From: Candidatus Moraniibacteriota bacterium
Lineage (GTDB): Bacteria; Patescibacteriota; Minisyncoccia; Moranbacterales; UBA9337
DNA length: 49,758 bases
Assembly (NCBI GenBank): GCA_023229615.1
Contig: JALNYX010000003.1
Location: 1-49,758, forward strand
Direction: 5' to 3'
The notes beneath the pieces were generated by a model. It made no database searches. It saw nothing but the letters and a program-made list of their open reading frames with translations, and was not told the DNA's origin. Shown piece by piece: positions 39,107 through 48,948 of the stretch. Position 1 is the stretch's first letter. Each line of letters begins with the position of its first letter. The translations under genes were made by a program, and so were the position numbers.

Positions 39107-40282
39107 TTACGGACTCGATAACTTTACGGACTCGATAACTTTCTTGAAATCTTCATAACTTTTATCAAAATTAACATCCTTACTCCAAGCATGAGCGGCT
39201 CTTCTATTTTTTTCATATTCATCTCCATCAGAAAGCAACTTCACGATATTTTCTGCTAAATTTTCCGGAGTATTTTCCCGACATATCAAACCCGTTTCCC
39301 CATCCCGCACACTATCACGCAAACCATCCACATCATATACCACTGCCGGAGTACCCTGACTATTGGCTTCCGTCACCACCAACCCCCAACCCTCCTTTAT
39401 CGAAGTCGCACAAATCAAATGCGATTTTCGCATCAACTCCTCCCGCTCCTCATCAGAAGTCCTACCCAGCACACTGATAGAATCTTTGAATTCAGATTTT
39501 TCTATCATTGCCAGCACCTTTTTTCCAAAACTATCACTAGCATCGCCGGAAACCAACAACCTCAAATCCTTGATCTTTCCCTTGGCGATTTCAAAAGCCC
39601 TCACGATTTGATCCGTCCGCTTCATCGCCCGCACCGCACCCAGAGAAAGAACAGTCGGCATTTCATACTTCGCGGACTTTTGACTTTCAAATTCCAACTC
39701 ATCTATCGGCGCAATAATAGTTCCCTCACTGATAATATGAATATTCTCTTTTTTAAATCCGTATTTCAACAAATCCTTTTTCGTACTTTCCGAAACCGTA
39801 ATCACCTGCGGTGAGTCAAAAGTCTTGAAAGTCCATAAAGTCGAAAGTTGGAATCCGGAACTCAGTAACCACAAATACACAGGCTCCAATAAATATCCCA
39901 TCAAACTAAACGGAAAAAACAACTGATAAAACCAAATCTCCCGGCACAACTGATGAATAAAAATAATATTCCTTTCTTTAACATAAAATCTGGCAAAAAA
40001 AGGAGCTGTATTGATTTCATCAATTACCAAATCCGCTTGCCCTCTCAAATTTTTCAAATAATATATCATCGCCCATAAATATACCGTGTAGCGATTTCCC
40101 ATACGGATTATTTTATAACCATCCACCATTTCCACCTCCTTGCACCCGACAAAACTACCCACCAAAAAAGTAAGCGTATGACCATCCGCCACCAAGCGTT
40201 TCGCCAACTCCTCATTCACCACTTCCGCCCCGCCAGCCAAAGGGTTTTTCAAATCTTTCCATGTGAACCACAAAATTTTCAT
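39107..40282 (-). CDS. GT4 glycosyltransferase
   Basis: Start MKILWFTW; NPLAGGAE and EGWGLVVTEANSQGTP motifs. Confidence 0.9.
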   Translation of the reverse strand: MKILWFTWKDLKNPLAGGAEVVNEELAKRLVADGHTLTFLVGSFVGCKEVEMVDGYKIIRMGNRYTVYLWAMIYYLKNLRGQADLVIDEINTAPFFARFYVKERNIIFIHQLCREIWFYQLFFPFSLMGYLLEPVYLWLLSSGFQLSTLWTFKTFDSPQVITVSESTKKDLLKYGFKKENIHIISEGTIIAPIDELEFESQKSAKYEMPTVLSLGAVRAMKRTDQIVRAFEIAKGKIKDLRLLVSGDASDSFGKKVLAMIEKSEFKDSISVLGRTSDEEREELMRKSHLICATSIKEGWGLVVTEANSQGTPAVVYDVDGLRDSVRDGETGLICRENTPENLAENIVKLLSDGDEYEKNRRAAHAWSKDVNFDKSYEDFKKVIESVKLSSP

Positions 40283-40290
40283 AAATGTCT

Positions 40291-40774
40291 GAACCACTGA
40301 TTCTCACGTGATTTTATTGATTGCACGTGATTAGAGTTTCGTTATTTTACATATCTCTTAACTTCTAAACTTCTAGCACCAAAATTTATCAGCAAACCCA
40401 GCTTAACCTTATAGGCTTCGATGTAGTTTATTAGCTGAGCGATGTTCACATCTTCTAGTTTTGTTATCGCCTTCAACTCAACCATAACATCTCTGTCAAC
40501 CAAAAAATCAACTCTTCTAGTGCCGACCAATTGTTCTTCGTAGAAAATATCCATTTCTTTTTCACGTTCAAACTTCAATCCCTCTTTTTCAAATTCAATC
40601 GCCAATGATCTTTGATAGATAACCTCCTGAAAACCATTGCCCAGGGTACGATGCACCTTCTGCGCGCATTTGATAATCTTTCCCGTCACATCTGACTTAT
40701 AATATTTTTCATCTATATAATTATCCATAAAAATCATGTGTACTTATGTGTAAATCAGTGAGAATCAGTGGTTC
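40291..40774. repeat. Inverted repeats enclosing the GxxExxY gene
   Basis: GAACCACTGATTCTCAC (40291-40307) and GTGAGAATCAGTGGTTC (40758-40774) are perfect 17-bp reverse complements; pairing extends imperfectly inward. Confidence 0.9.
40342..40737 (-). CDS. GxxExxY protein (PD-(D/E)xK-like fold)
   Basis: LGNGFQEVIYQ, RVDFLV...VELKA and AQLINY...GLLINFG motifs. Confidence 0.92.
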   Translation of the reverse strand: MIFMDNYIDEKYYKSDVTGKIIKCAQKVHRTLGNGFQEVIYQRSLAIEFEKEGLKFEREKEMDIFYEEQLVGTRRVDFLVDRDVMVELKAITKLEDVNIAQLINYIEAYKVKLGLLINFGARSLEVKRYVK

Positions 40775-40779
40775 TGACT

Positions 40780-42135
40780 TTATCTGTGGTTCACGATCTC
40801 CCAATGCCCGCCTTTGTCTGGACCGATTCTTTTGATGAGTCCTTTCTCTTTCAACCTTGCAATATCTCTCTTGATGGTTTTTTCATTTACCTGCAACTCT
40901 TTCGCAATTTCAGAAATAGCAATATCATTTTTGCTTTCTACTAAACGCATAATCAGATCAGCCCTTTCAGGGACATTTTCAGGGACATTTTCAGGGACAT
41001 TTTCAGGGACATTTTCAGGGACATTTTTCCTGCGTTTCCAAAAAACAATCACAAAAGCCCCTGATCTTTCAGAAAAATCAGGCATCTCATTGCCATTCTT
41101 TTCACACTCTTCAATTATCCGTTGGAAGCCTGCTCCCCAATTTTCTACCAATTCAATTTGATGAAAAATTTCCACCAACTTTTTGTTTCTCGGGATAGAT
41201 CTGTTTTCAGTGAGAATACTTTTTATATTAATCTCTTTAGGTAAAAGCCCTGGACTCCAAATTTCAAGAGAATTATCAAAAATTCTAATTTGAATATTCC
41301 CCGGATCATTATAGTCCCGATGAATAAGCGCATTAATGACTGCTTCGCGCAGAGCTAAGAGTGGATAATCCCAAACTTCATCTCTTTTTGGCTTTCCAGT
41401 CATGACAAATTCCGTATTGATGTGTCGCTTGATGAAATCCATCGTTTCGTCAACGGCGCGAATAATGTTTCCGTCAAATTCTTTTTCGTCCAAAAATTTG
41501 GCAACACTTTCCCCTTTAAACCTTGCCGCCTTCACAATGACATTGTGCATCTCAGTATTGTTTTTTACAAAACAAAGATAGCCAGCATTGGTAATTTTAT
41601 TTTTTACTATCAACCCAATCTTTTTCAAAAAATCAATTGAGGAAACGACCTTAAGCTTGTAATATTCTTTGTTTACCCTCTCAATAAGTCTATCATCAAA
41701 TTCGACTTTTTTAGAATCTTTTTCCAAATACATTTTGTCGAAATCCGATAAGGCATATCTTTTTATTAACTCCCTCACTTCCGTTTGAGACATTTTTTGG
41801 TTGGTTTTTCCGACTCTCATATATGCCCTATCAAAAGCAAACACGGGCTTATTGTCAGATTCCGAGACTTCAATCTCCACGATTTCACCCAAGCCGAAAG
41901 TTTTAACATTTATGGATGGGTACAGAATTGGATCAGTATGATTTTTTATTTTATTGGCGAAATCTTCAATAGTGCTTTTTCCGAGCTGAATTTCACTAGC
42001 CACGCCATCATCTTTCATACCGATAACAACCTTTCCGCCTTTTCTATTGGCAAAGGCGCAAAGAGCAACGATCGCCTCTTTCCATTCAGAAAATGAAGTT
42101 TTTAATTCAATTTTTTCAGATTCTTTTAATTTCAT
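40780..42135 (-). CDS. AlbA_2/Schlafen-like domain plus HATPase_c_4 domain plus C-terminal HTH protein
   Basis: ESEKIELK...AFANRKGG, REAVINALIHRDY, SPG...RN...ENWGAG and a C-terminal wHTH ending GGHW. Confidence 0.85.
   Translation of the reverse strand: MKLKESEKIELKTSFSEWKEAIVALCAFANRKGGKVVIGMKDDGVASEIQLGKSTIEDFANKIKNHTDPILYPSINVKTFGLGEIVEIEVSESDNKPVFAFDRAYMRVGKTNQKMSQTEVRELIKRYALSDFDKMYLEKDSKKVEFDDRLIERVNKEYYKLKVVSSIDFLKKIGLIVKNKITNAGYLCFVKNNTEMHNVIVKAARFKGESVAKFLDEKEFDGNIIRAVDETMDFIKRHINTEFVMTGKPKRDEVWDYPLLALREAVINALIHRDYNDPGNIQIRIFDNSLEIWSPGLLPKEINIKSILTENRSIPRNKKLVEIFHQIELVENWGAGFQRIIEECEKNGNEMPDFSERSGAFVIVFWKRRKNVPENVPENVPENVPENVPERADLIMRLVESKNDIAISEIAKELQVNEKTIKRDIARLKEKGLIKRIGPDKGGHWEIVNHR
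40965..41024. repeat. 12-bp tandem repeat x5 (encodes NVPE repeats)
   Basis: (tttcagggacat)5, perfect copies. Confidence 0.95.
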
Positions 42136-42146
42136 AGTAAATTATA

Positions 42147-43079
42147 TTACTTTTTATTCCTAACTATATATATCGGACGGTTGATTGCTTCGCTGTGAAT
42201 ATGACCGATGTAAAAAGCCAGCAAACCGATAGATATCAACACTCCTCCGATAAGAAACAACGTTATGTTTGCCAAAATCGCCGTACCGGAAAAATTCATC
42301 CCCCAATCAACAATATACCGGTCGACAAACATTATCACTCCCAATGTGCCTGCCGCAAAAACAATAAAAATTCCCATATATCCGGCAATTCGCAGTGGCA
42401 ACATACTCAAAGAAATAATACTCGTAAAAGCCAACTGGCATAACTTGAAAGTACTATAACTCGCCTCTCCCTCCACCCGCTCATTCGCCTCAAACAACAA
42501 CACCTCCCGCTTGAATCCCAACCAATCAATCAACCCCCGCGTCATCCGATTGTGTTCCGGCAAATCATTGAAAGCATCAATCACAATCCTATCCAACAAA
42601 CGATAATCCGTTGCCTGAGGAATAACCGGCACATCAGAAATCAACTTGATAATTTTATAAAAAATCCTTCCGCCCAATTTCTTGCACATCGAATCGCTCT
42701 TGCTCGCTTTGCGCACCCCAATAACCACTTCCGCCCCATTCTCCCATCTTGCTATAAATTCCGGAAAAAGTTCAATCGGATGTTGCAAATCAGCATCCAC
42801 CATAATACACGCGTCACCATTGCAATTGTTGATTCCTGCCGTCGTCGCCATTTCCTTGCCAAAATTGCGAGAAAAATCAATGAACTTGACCACCGGGTCG
42901 ACACTCGCCAACTTTTCAATCTCACCAGCAGTATCATCCACACTTCCGTCGTTTATGAAAATAATCTCAAAAGCATATCTGTCAGAAAGCTTCTGAAAAA
43001 TCTTTTTCAACTCAGCATACACCAGCGGAACGTTTTTTTCCTCATTGTAAGTTGGGATAATAATAGAAATCAGTTTCAT
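42147..43079 (-). CDS. GT2 undecaprenyl-phosphate glycosyltransferase (GtrB/ArnC-like)
   Basis: FSRNFGKE, DADLQHP and DYRLLDR motifs, two C-terminal TMs and RPIYIV. Confidence 0.9.
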   Translation of the reverse strand: MKLISIIIPTYNEEKNVPLVYAELKKIFQKLSDRYAFEIIFINDGSVDDTAGEIEKLASVDPVVKFIDFSRNFGKEMATTAGINNCNGDACIMVDADLQHPIELFPEFIARWENGAEVVIGVRKASKSDSMCKKLGGRIFYKIIKLISDVPVIPQATDYRLLDRIVIDAFNDLPEHNRMTRGLIDWLGFKREVLLFEANERVEGEASYSTFKLCQLAFTSIISLSMLPLRIAGYMGIFIVFAAGTLGVIMFVDRYIVDWGMNFSGTAILANITLFLIGGVLISIGLLAFYIGHIHSEAINRPIYIVRNKK

Positions 43080-43095
43080 ATGTTTTATAGAGTCA

Positions 43096-44382
43096 TTAAG
43101 ACTTTCGACTCTGTGTCTGAATTATTAAAAAATATATTCCAGCGAGAATGGCAACAGCTTGGGCGACGATATTGATCACCAACATTGAAATTATGCTCTT
43201 ACCGAAAAATATGAACGATGCCAGCGCGACAAGTGCGATTACCAAGAACACATAGGATATTTTTGTTTTATGCAGGGAAAGCAAATATTGGTAAATAATA
43301 TTGGAAACGGAAAACAAAGCCACCACAACCGCAAACCAACCGAGAAGAGGCGCTGTTTCTTGATATTTTCCGCCGAAAAGAATATTCAAAATAACGCCGG
43401 GATAGAAAAAATAAACAGCCGTGACAAAAGAAGAAGCCAAGACAACCAACGCCAACGCAGTCTGAAAAATGTGGCGGGAGGACGCGCCCTTGTGACTGTT
43501 TTCAGACGACATCGAAAAAAGCACACTCGCCATCACTCCGGTGGCAAAAAATATTATCTTGGAAGCCACCGTCAACGCGCCATATTGCCCGGCAACGGAC
43601 GCATCCAAACTATGTTTTGCCAGTACCATATCCGCATAACCGAGAATATTCACCGCCAGGCTACCGGCAAAAACCGGCATCACATAATGCTTGAGCGCTT
43701 TCAAATCAACTGATTTTTCGCATTGAATTTCTTGGGAAGATTTTTTCATCACGCTCGATTTGAGAAACATCAAAGTTGCCACATATCCGGACAAAGTCGC
43801 CAACACCAAACTGCCGACAATTCCATTCAAAGCAAATCCAAAACCCACCAACGCAACACCAAAAACAAATTTGACTCCGGTCGAAATCACACTCGCCAAA
43901 CTCGTCTGCGTGAATTTTTGCCAGCCACTCAAAAGACCGCTATTGACGGCATTGAAAAATGAAACATACATTGAGATCCAAATCAAAATAAGAGCGAAAC
44001 TGCTGTTCACATTCAAAAATTTTCCGATAAAAGGCGTTGCAATTACTGCCAAAAGAAAAATGGGAAATCCGTATTTGAAAACTTTTTTGTTGAGATATCC
44101 GAGAATTTCTCCGCTACCGCCGGCATTGTCTTCCGCTTTGCAAGAGGCGGCATATTTGGTTGCCACCATCGTGAGCGTGGCGGCCGGAACAGAAATAATC
44201 GCAATGAGAGAAATCAAAGACTCCGCTTCACCATATACCTCGGCGCTCACCTGTCGTCCGATTATCAAGTGAAAAACGTAATTGAACACATTTACCATCA
44301 AACCGCCCGCAAACAAAACAGCGCTGTTTTTCGCGAATGCGCCTTGTGAAGAAAATTTTATCTTAATATCCTGCCAATTCAT
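43096..44382 (-). CDS. Oligosaccharide flippase (Wzx/MOP family)
   Basis: About 12 TM segments; NYVFHLIIGR...YG and DMVLAKH...AGQYGA motifs. Confidence 0.8.
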   Translation of the reverse strand: MNWQDIKIKFSSQGAFAKNSAVLFAGGLMVNVFNYVFHLIIGRQVSAEVYGEAESLISLIAIISVPAATLTMVATKYAASCKAEDNAGGSGEILGYLNKKVFKYGFPIFLLAVIATPFIGKFLNVNSSFALILIWISMYVSFFNAVNSGLLSGWQKFTQTSLASVISTGVKFVFGVALVGFGFALNGIVGSLVLATLSGYVATLMFLKSSVMKKSSQEIQCEKSVDLKALKHYVMPVFAGSLAVNILGYADMVLAKHSLDASVAGQYGALTVASKIIFFATGVMASVLFSMSSENSHKGASSRHIFQTALALVVLASSFVTAVYFFYPGVILNILFGGKYQETAPLLGWFAVVVALFSVSNIIYQYLLSLHKTKISYVFLVIALVALASFIFFGKSIISMLVINIVAQAVAILAGIYFLIIQTQSRKS

Positions 44383-44658
44383 TTTTTCTTTGCTAAAAAT
44401 ATTAAAACCGCTAAATTAAAAACGAAAAAAACCGAACCAAACCAAGAAAGCCCGCAAGCTTCTTTGGTCTAAGTCGGTTTTGCCATTCGGCTCATCATGT
44501 TTCATCAGCAACCAATTATTTCAGAAAAGGATACAAGAATTTCTCGCATGGATCACAGCCACTTATTATTTTTTACTTTTTTCAGATTACAAGAAAAAAC
44601 CAAAAATGTCAAATCGGCATCCCTACATTCTAATCTGAATTGCAACATTATTTATTTT

Positions 44659-45642
44659 TTATTTTATCTTGTAATATTCTTTGTACCAATCCACAAAATT
44701 TTTGATTCCTTCTTCAATCCTGGTGGTTGGTTCCCAGCCGAGCTTTCGCAACTTGCTAATATCTGCCACAGTCGTCGGAACATCTCCCGGTTGCATCGGC
44801 ATCAAGTTTTTCTTGGATTTCTTTCCCACATTTTCTTCCAACACCTCAATATATCGCATCAAAGTATCCTCCCTATCCCCTCCAATATTCATCACATCAT
44901 AACCACTACAATTATCCATAACCGCAATTGTTCCAGAAACAATATCATCAATATAAGTAAAATTGCGACTCATCTTTCCCCGATTATACACATCAATCGC
45001 CTTGCCTTCAAACATATTTTTTGTAAACTTGAAAAGCGCCATATCCGGCCGCCCCCACGGTCCGTACACCGTGAAATAACGCAAAGCAGTCACATTCAAA
45101 CCATAAATATGATTATATACGTGCGCCAAAAGTTCTGTGGCCTTCTTGGTTGCCGCATAAGGAGAAATCGGAGTATCTACACTATCAGTTTCGGAGAATG
45201 GTTGCTTGGTATTGTTTCCATAAACAGAAGATGAAGACGCGAAAACAAAATTTTTAATCTTATGCTTCACACTTGCCTCCAAAAGATTCATCGTTCCGCG
45301 AATATTCACTTCTTCATATAACATTGGATCAAGTAAAGAACTGCGCACTCCCGCCATCGCCGCCAAATGAATAACCTTGTCAATTTTTTCCTTCTTGAAA
45401 ATTCTCTCCAACGCTTTCGCATCCCGAATATCCGCCTTGTACAATTTGAAATCATAACCTTTGAGCAATTTTTTCACACGGTCTTTTTTCAAATTCACAT
45501 CATAATAATCATTGAAATTATCAATCAAAACCACATTATCCCCCCTGTCCATCAAAGACTTTGCCAACGCGCTTCCAATAAATCCAGCTCCTCCCGTAAT
45601 AAACACTTTGATTTTTTTTCGTTTCTTTTTCGCAGTTTCCAT
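44659..45642 (-). CDS. NAD-dependent epimerase (UDP-glucuronate 4-epimerase-like)
   Basis: TGGAGFIG, HLAAMAGVR, YAATK, FTVYGPWGRPDMA and MQPGDV motifs. Confidence 0.9.
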   Translation of the reverse strand: METAKKKRKKIKVFITGGAGFIGSALAKSLMDRGDNVVLIDNFNDYYDVNLKKDRVKKLLKGYDFKLYKADIRDAKALERIFKKEKIDKVIHLAAMAGVRSSLLDPMLYEEVNIRGTMNLLEASVKHKIKNFVFASSSSVYGNNTKQPFSETDSVDTPISPYAATKKATELLAHVYNHIYGLNVTALRYFTVYGPWGRPDMALFKFTKNMFEGKAIDVYNRGKMSRNFTYIDDIVSGTIAVMDNCSGYDVMNIGGDREDTLMRYIEVLEENVGKKSKKNLMPMQPGDVPTTVADISKLRKLGWEPTTRIEEGIKNFVDWYKEYYKIK

Positions 45643-45664
45643 TTTTTTTATATTCTTAAATTGA

Positions 45665-47554
45665 TTATTTATTCATCCTATTTTCCCAATACCACTGGTA
45701 CACATCCTGCACAATCGGAACCGCATTATAACTCTCCTCCCCCTGCCCCTCAACCAACACCACCAAAACAATCTCCGGATTTTCATATGGAGCATAAGAA
45801 ACAAACCAACCGTGCGTCTTCCCCTCACCGCCATATTGCGCCGTTCCGGTTTTTCCGGCAATTTCAATCGGCAAACTATTCAAACTCATCGCCGTTCCTT
45901 CCGTCACTGTCATCCTCATCCCTTCTTGCACCACTTTCAAAATCTGCGGACTGACCAATTGCTTTCTGATTGCCTGAGGAGGATAATTGTCCGTTTCCCC
46001 CCTAAGATTGCGCGCTTGAGAAACAACCCTTGGCTGATACAAAGTACCGCCATTGGCAACCGCTGAAATATATGCGGCAATCTGCAAAGGAGTTGCCGTA
46101 ATATATCCCTGCCCAATAGACGCATGATAACTATTTCCAATATACCATTTTTCACCAAACGTATCCAACTTCCACTTTTCATCCGGAATAAACCCCTCCG
46201 CCTCTCCCGGAATATCAATTCCACTTGCACTTCCAAACCCGAACAAATTGTAATACTGCTTCATCTTTTCCATCCCCAAACCTTTCACATTTCCATATCC
46301 TCCTCCAACACTATAGAAAAAAACATCACTCGAAACCGCAATCGCCCGCCTGACATCCGTGAACCCATGCGCTTTCCAATCGCCAAAAGAATAACCTCCA
46401 ACACTAATCCCTCCCCGACTTTCAACTTGAGTTTGAGGAGTGATCGTTCCCTCTGTAAGTGCGGCGCTGGCAAGCAAAGGCTTGATAGTTGAACCGGGAG
46501 CATATTCACCGGAAATTGACCGATCAAACATTGGACGAAGAGGATCATTCATTAAATTTTGATATTGCTCCGAAGAAATTCCGCTGGCAAAAAGATTATT
46601 GTCAAAACTCGGAATACTCACCATCGCCAATATTCCTCCGTCATTCGGATTAATCGCCACGGCCGTTGCCGTTTTCAATTGCTTTTCCTCCAAGACATTG
46701 TTCATACTATCAAACAATTTCTTCTGCAACTGAGCATCAATATTCAAAATCAAATCACTTCCCGGCTCCGGACTCACAACTCCCACCTCGCGCTTGGCTC
46801 TGCCTATTGAATCCACTTCAATTCTCTTGATTCCATTTTTTCCGCGCAATTTGTTTTCATATGATTTTTCAATTCCCTGTTTTCCAATATAATCAGTCAG
46901 AACGTAATCAGGATTTTCCTTCAATTCTTCCGGACGAATTTTTCCTTCATAACCGAGAATATGCGAAAAAATCAACCCATCCTCATACCGGCGCACTGCA
47001 TTTTTTTCAACGCTAAACCCGGGGAAATTTTCTTTTTTTCCTTCAATTGTGAGCGCCTCTTCCTGGGATATATTCTCCTTAACCAAAATCGGGGACAACG
47101 ACGAAAGTTTCACGTTTTCCAAAATCCCCCAAACCTCCCCCTTGTTCATCCCGAGAATACCTGCCAATTTTTCAGCAATATTTTCCCGCTCGCTTGAATC
47201 GGCCGGAAGATCCGCCGGAACAGCCACCACATCCATACTCGGCATATTGTTTACTAAAACTTGTCCGTAACGATCATATATTTTTCCCCGCGGAGCTTTG
47301 ATACTCACAGAGCGAATGCTGTTTTCCTTGGCAACCTCGCGATAATATTCCCCCTTTACAACTCCTAAATAAAAAATTCTTCCGCCCATCACAAACAAAG
47401 ATGCCAAAGAAAAAAACCAAAAAATATTCAACAATTTTTTGTTAAAAGGATTCTCCACTCTTGAGGCTTCTTGCTCCGTAACTGTCATCAAAGAATCTTC
47501 CACTTCGTAGCGGTCAATCAATTCTCTTTTTATTTGATATTTTCCATCTATCAT
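45665..47554 (-). CDS. mrdA: Penicillin-binding protein 2
   Basis: APRGKIYDR, GSTIK (SxxK), SSD (SxD) and KTGTAQ motifs; follows mreD. Confidence 0.93.
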   Translation of the reverse strand: MIDGKYQIKRELIDRYEVEDSLMTVTEQEASRVENPFNKKLLNIFWFFSLASLFVMGGRIFYLGVVKGEYYREVAKENSIRSVSIKAPRGKIYDRYGQVLVNNMPSMDVVAVPADLPADSSERENIAEKLAGILGMNKGEVWGILENVKLSSLSPILVKENISQEEALTIEGKKENFPGFSVEKNAVRRYEDGLIFSHILGYEGKIRPEELKENPDYVLTDYIGKQGIEKSYENKLRGKNGIKRIEVDSIGRAKREVGVVSPEPGSDLILNIDAQLQKKLFDSMNNVLEEKQLKTATAVAINPNDGGILAMVSIPSFDNNLFASGISSEQYQNLMNDPLRPMFDRSISGEYAPGSTIKPLLASAALTEGTITPQTQVESRGGISVGGYSFGDWKAHGFTDVRRAIAVSSDVFFYSVGGGYGNVKGLGMEKMKQYYNLFGFGSASGIDIPGEAEGFIPDEKWKLDTFGEKWYIGNSYHASIGQGYITATPLQIAAYISAVANGGTLYQPRVVSQARNLRGETDNYPPQAIRKQLVSPQILKVVQEGMRMTVTEGTAMSLNSLPIEIAGKTGTAQYGGEGKTHGWFVSYAPYENPEIVLVVLVEGQGEESYNAVPIVQDVYQWYWENRMNK

Positions 47555-47565
47555 AAATATCTTTT

Positions 47566-48102
47566 CTATTTAATATTCACTGCGCTTTCATAAAAAGCCA
47601 AACGTTTTTCCATCCGACCTATCGCCCAATAAAGAAAATAGAAAGTTATAATATTGCAGAATGATCCAGTCAACACTCCTTTGAAAAAACTTGCCATCCC
47701 TCCGCTAAAAAATTCCACCGCTCCTCCCTGCCAGGAAAAAAAATTAATTACCAAAAAATTATTGAAAAATGTCACCGAAATAATAAGCAAGAATACCAAC
47801 AGAAAACTCCACCCCTGACTCTCAATCAAAAGTCGCCGAGAAATAAAACTCACAATATATACTGCAAAAATGAAAAGTATCGCATTTTTTCCCACCGCAT
47901 CAAAAGCTAGCAGGTCAACAAGAATACCGAGTGAAATTGCATACACCCAAGCTTTTTCAAATCCGGAAATAATCGTCCAAGCCACCGCCGCCATCAAAGC
48001 GAAACTCACGACACACCCTTGGAACGAAAAAGAAGCGAAAAAATATGCCTGCAAAAAAACAATCGTTGCGATAGCTGCTAACCTGAAAAAAAATTTCTCC
48101 AT
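47566..48102 (-). CDS. mreD: Rod shape-determining protein MreD
   Basis: Hydrophobic 178-aa protein with GILVDLL, lying between mreC and mrdA. Confidence 0.75.
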   Translation of the reverse strand: MEKFFFRLAAIATIVFLQAYFFASFSFQGCVVSFALMAAVAWTIISGFEKAWVYAISLGILVDLLAFDAVGKNAILFIFAVYIVSFISRRLLIESQGWSFLLVFLLIISVTFFNNFLVINFFSWQGGAVEFFSGGMASFFKGVLTGSFCNIITFYFLYWAIGRMEKRLAFYESAVNIK

Positions 48103-48108
48103 TATCTC

Positions 48109-48921
48109 CTACTGACCGCTCTTGATCACGGAAACAAACCGCAAATCAATGGGTGCGATTAATTGAAAAACAGTTGCGCGTTGAAACAAATGATCCGGAG
48201 AAGCATACACATCGTTTATTTTTCCAATCAACAATCCTCTTGGCATATCTGCGCCAATTCCGGAAGTTGTCACCTCGTCGCCAACATTAATTCTGTCCGT
48301 TTGCAAAACATCATCCAAAATCAATCCCAATCCATGCTCCCCCTTCACAATTCCCTTCGCCTCATTTGAACCTGCCTGCGCGTTGATTGAACTTTCCGGG
48401 TTTGACAAAAGCATTACCTGGGACGTGCCGGCATATGCGTTTTTTATGTAACCGACAAGATTTCTCCCGGACACGACAACCGGCATTCCCTCGGCAATTC
48501 CGTCATTACTACCCTTGTCAATCATAATCCAATTTCCCACCCCATGAACATCCCGCCCAATCACTTGCGCCGTCTGCGCCTCAAAACGATCCCGCAAAAA
48601 CAAATCATTTTGCTCTCTCAAAAGATCATTTTCTTTTTTCATATCCCGAAGCATTGCATTTTCCGCCGCCAAACGCAGATTCTCATCATTCAATTTCGCA
48701 TTCTCTGTTTTCAAATCGCCGATAGAAGAAAGAAAAATTCCCAATTGTTTGGTTCCATCAGAAGATATAAATAATACTTTTTGAAAAGGATATGCAACGC
48801 GGAATATAATCCCGCGGAAAAAATCAAAAAAGTTATTTGGATTCCAAAAAATCAAGAAACCAAAAACAATTGCCACAGCGATGACACGAAATATTTTTCG
48901 ACTGGAAAAACTCTTAAACAT
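48109..48921 (-). CDS. mreC: Rod shape-determining protein MreC
   Basis: TM, coiled coil, IDKGSNDGI..GMPV and VTTSG...PRGLLIG motifs. Confidence 0.93.
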   Translation of the reverse strand: MFKSFSSRKIFRVIAVAIVFGFLIFWNPNNFFDFFRGIIFRVAYPFQKVLFISSDGTKQLGIFLSSIGDLKTENAKLNDENLRLAAENAMLRDMKKENDLLREQNDLFLRDRFEAQTAQVIGRDVHGVGNWIMIDKGSNDGIAEGMPVVVSGRNLVGYIKNAYAGTSQVMLLSNPESSINAQAGSNEAKGIVKGEHGLGLILDDVLQTDRINVGDEVTTSGIGADMPRGLLIGKINDVYASPDHLFQRATVFQLIAPIDLRFVSVIKSGQ

Positions 48922-48948
48922 ATCGCGTTTTTATTATAAAGAAAATTT

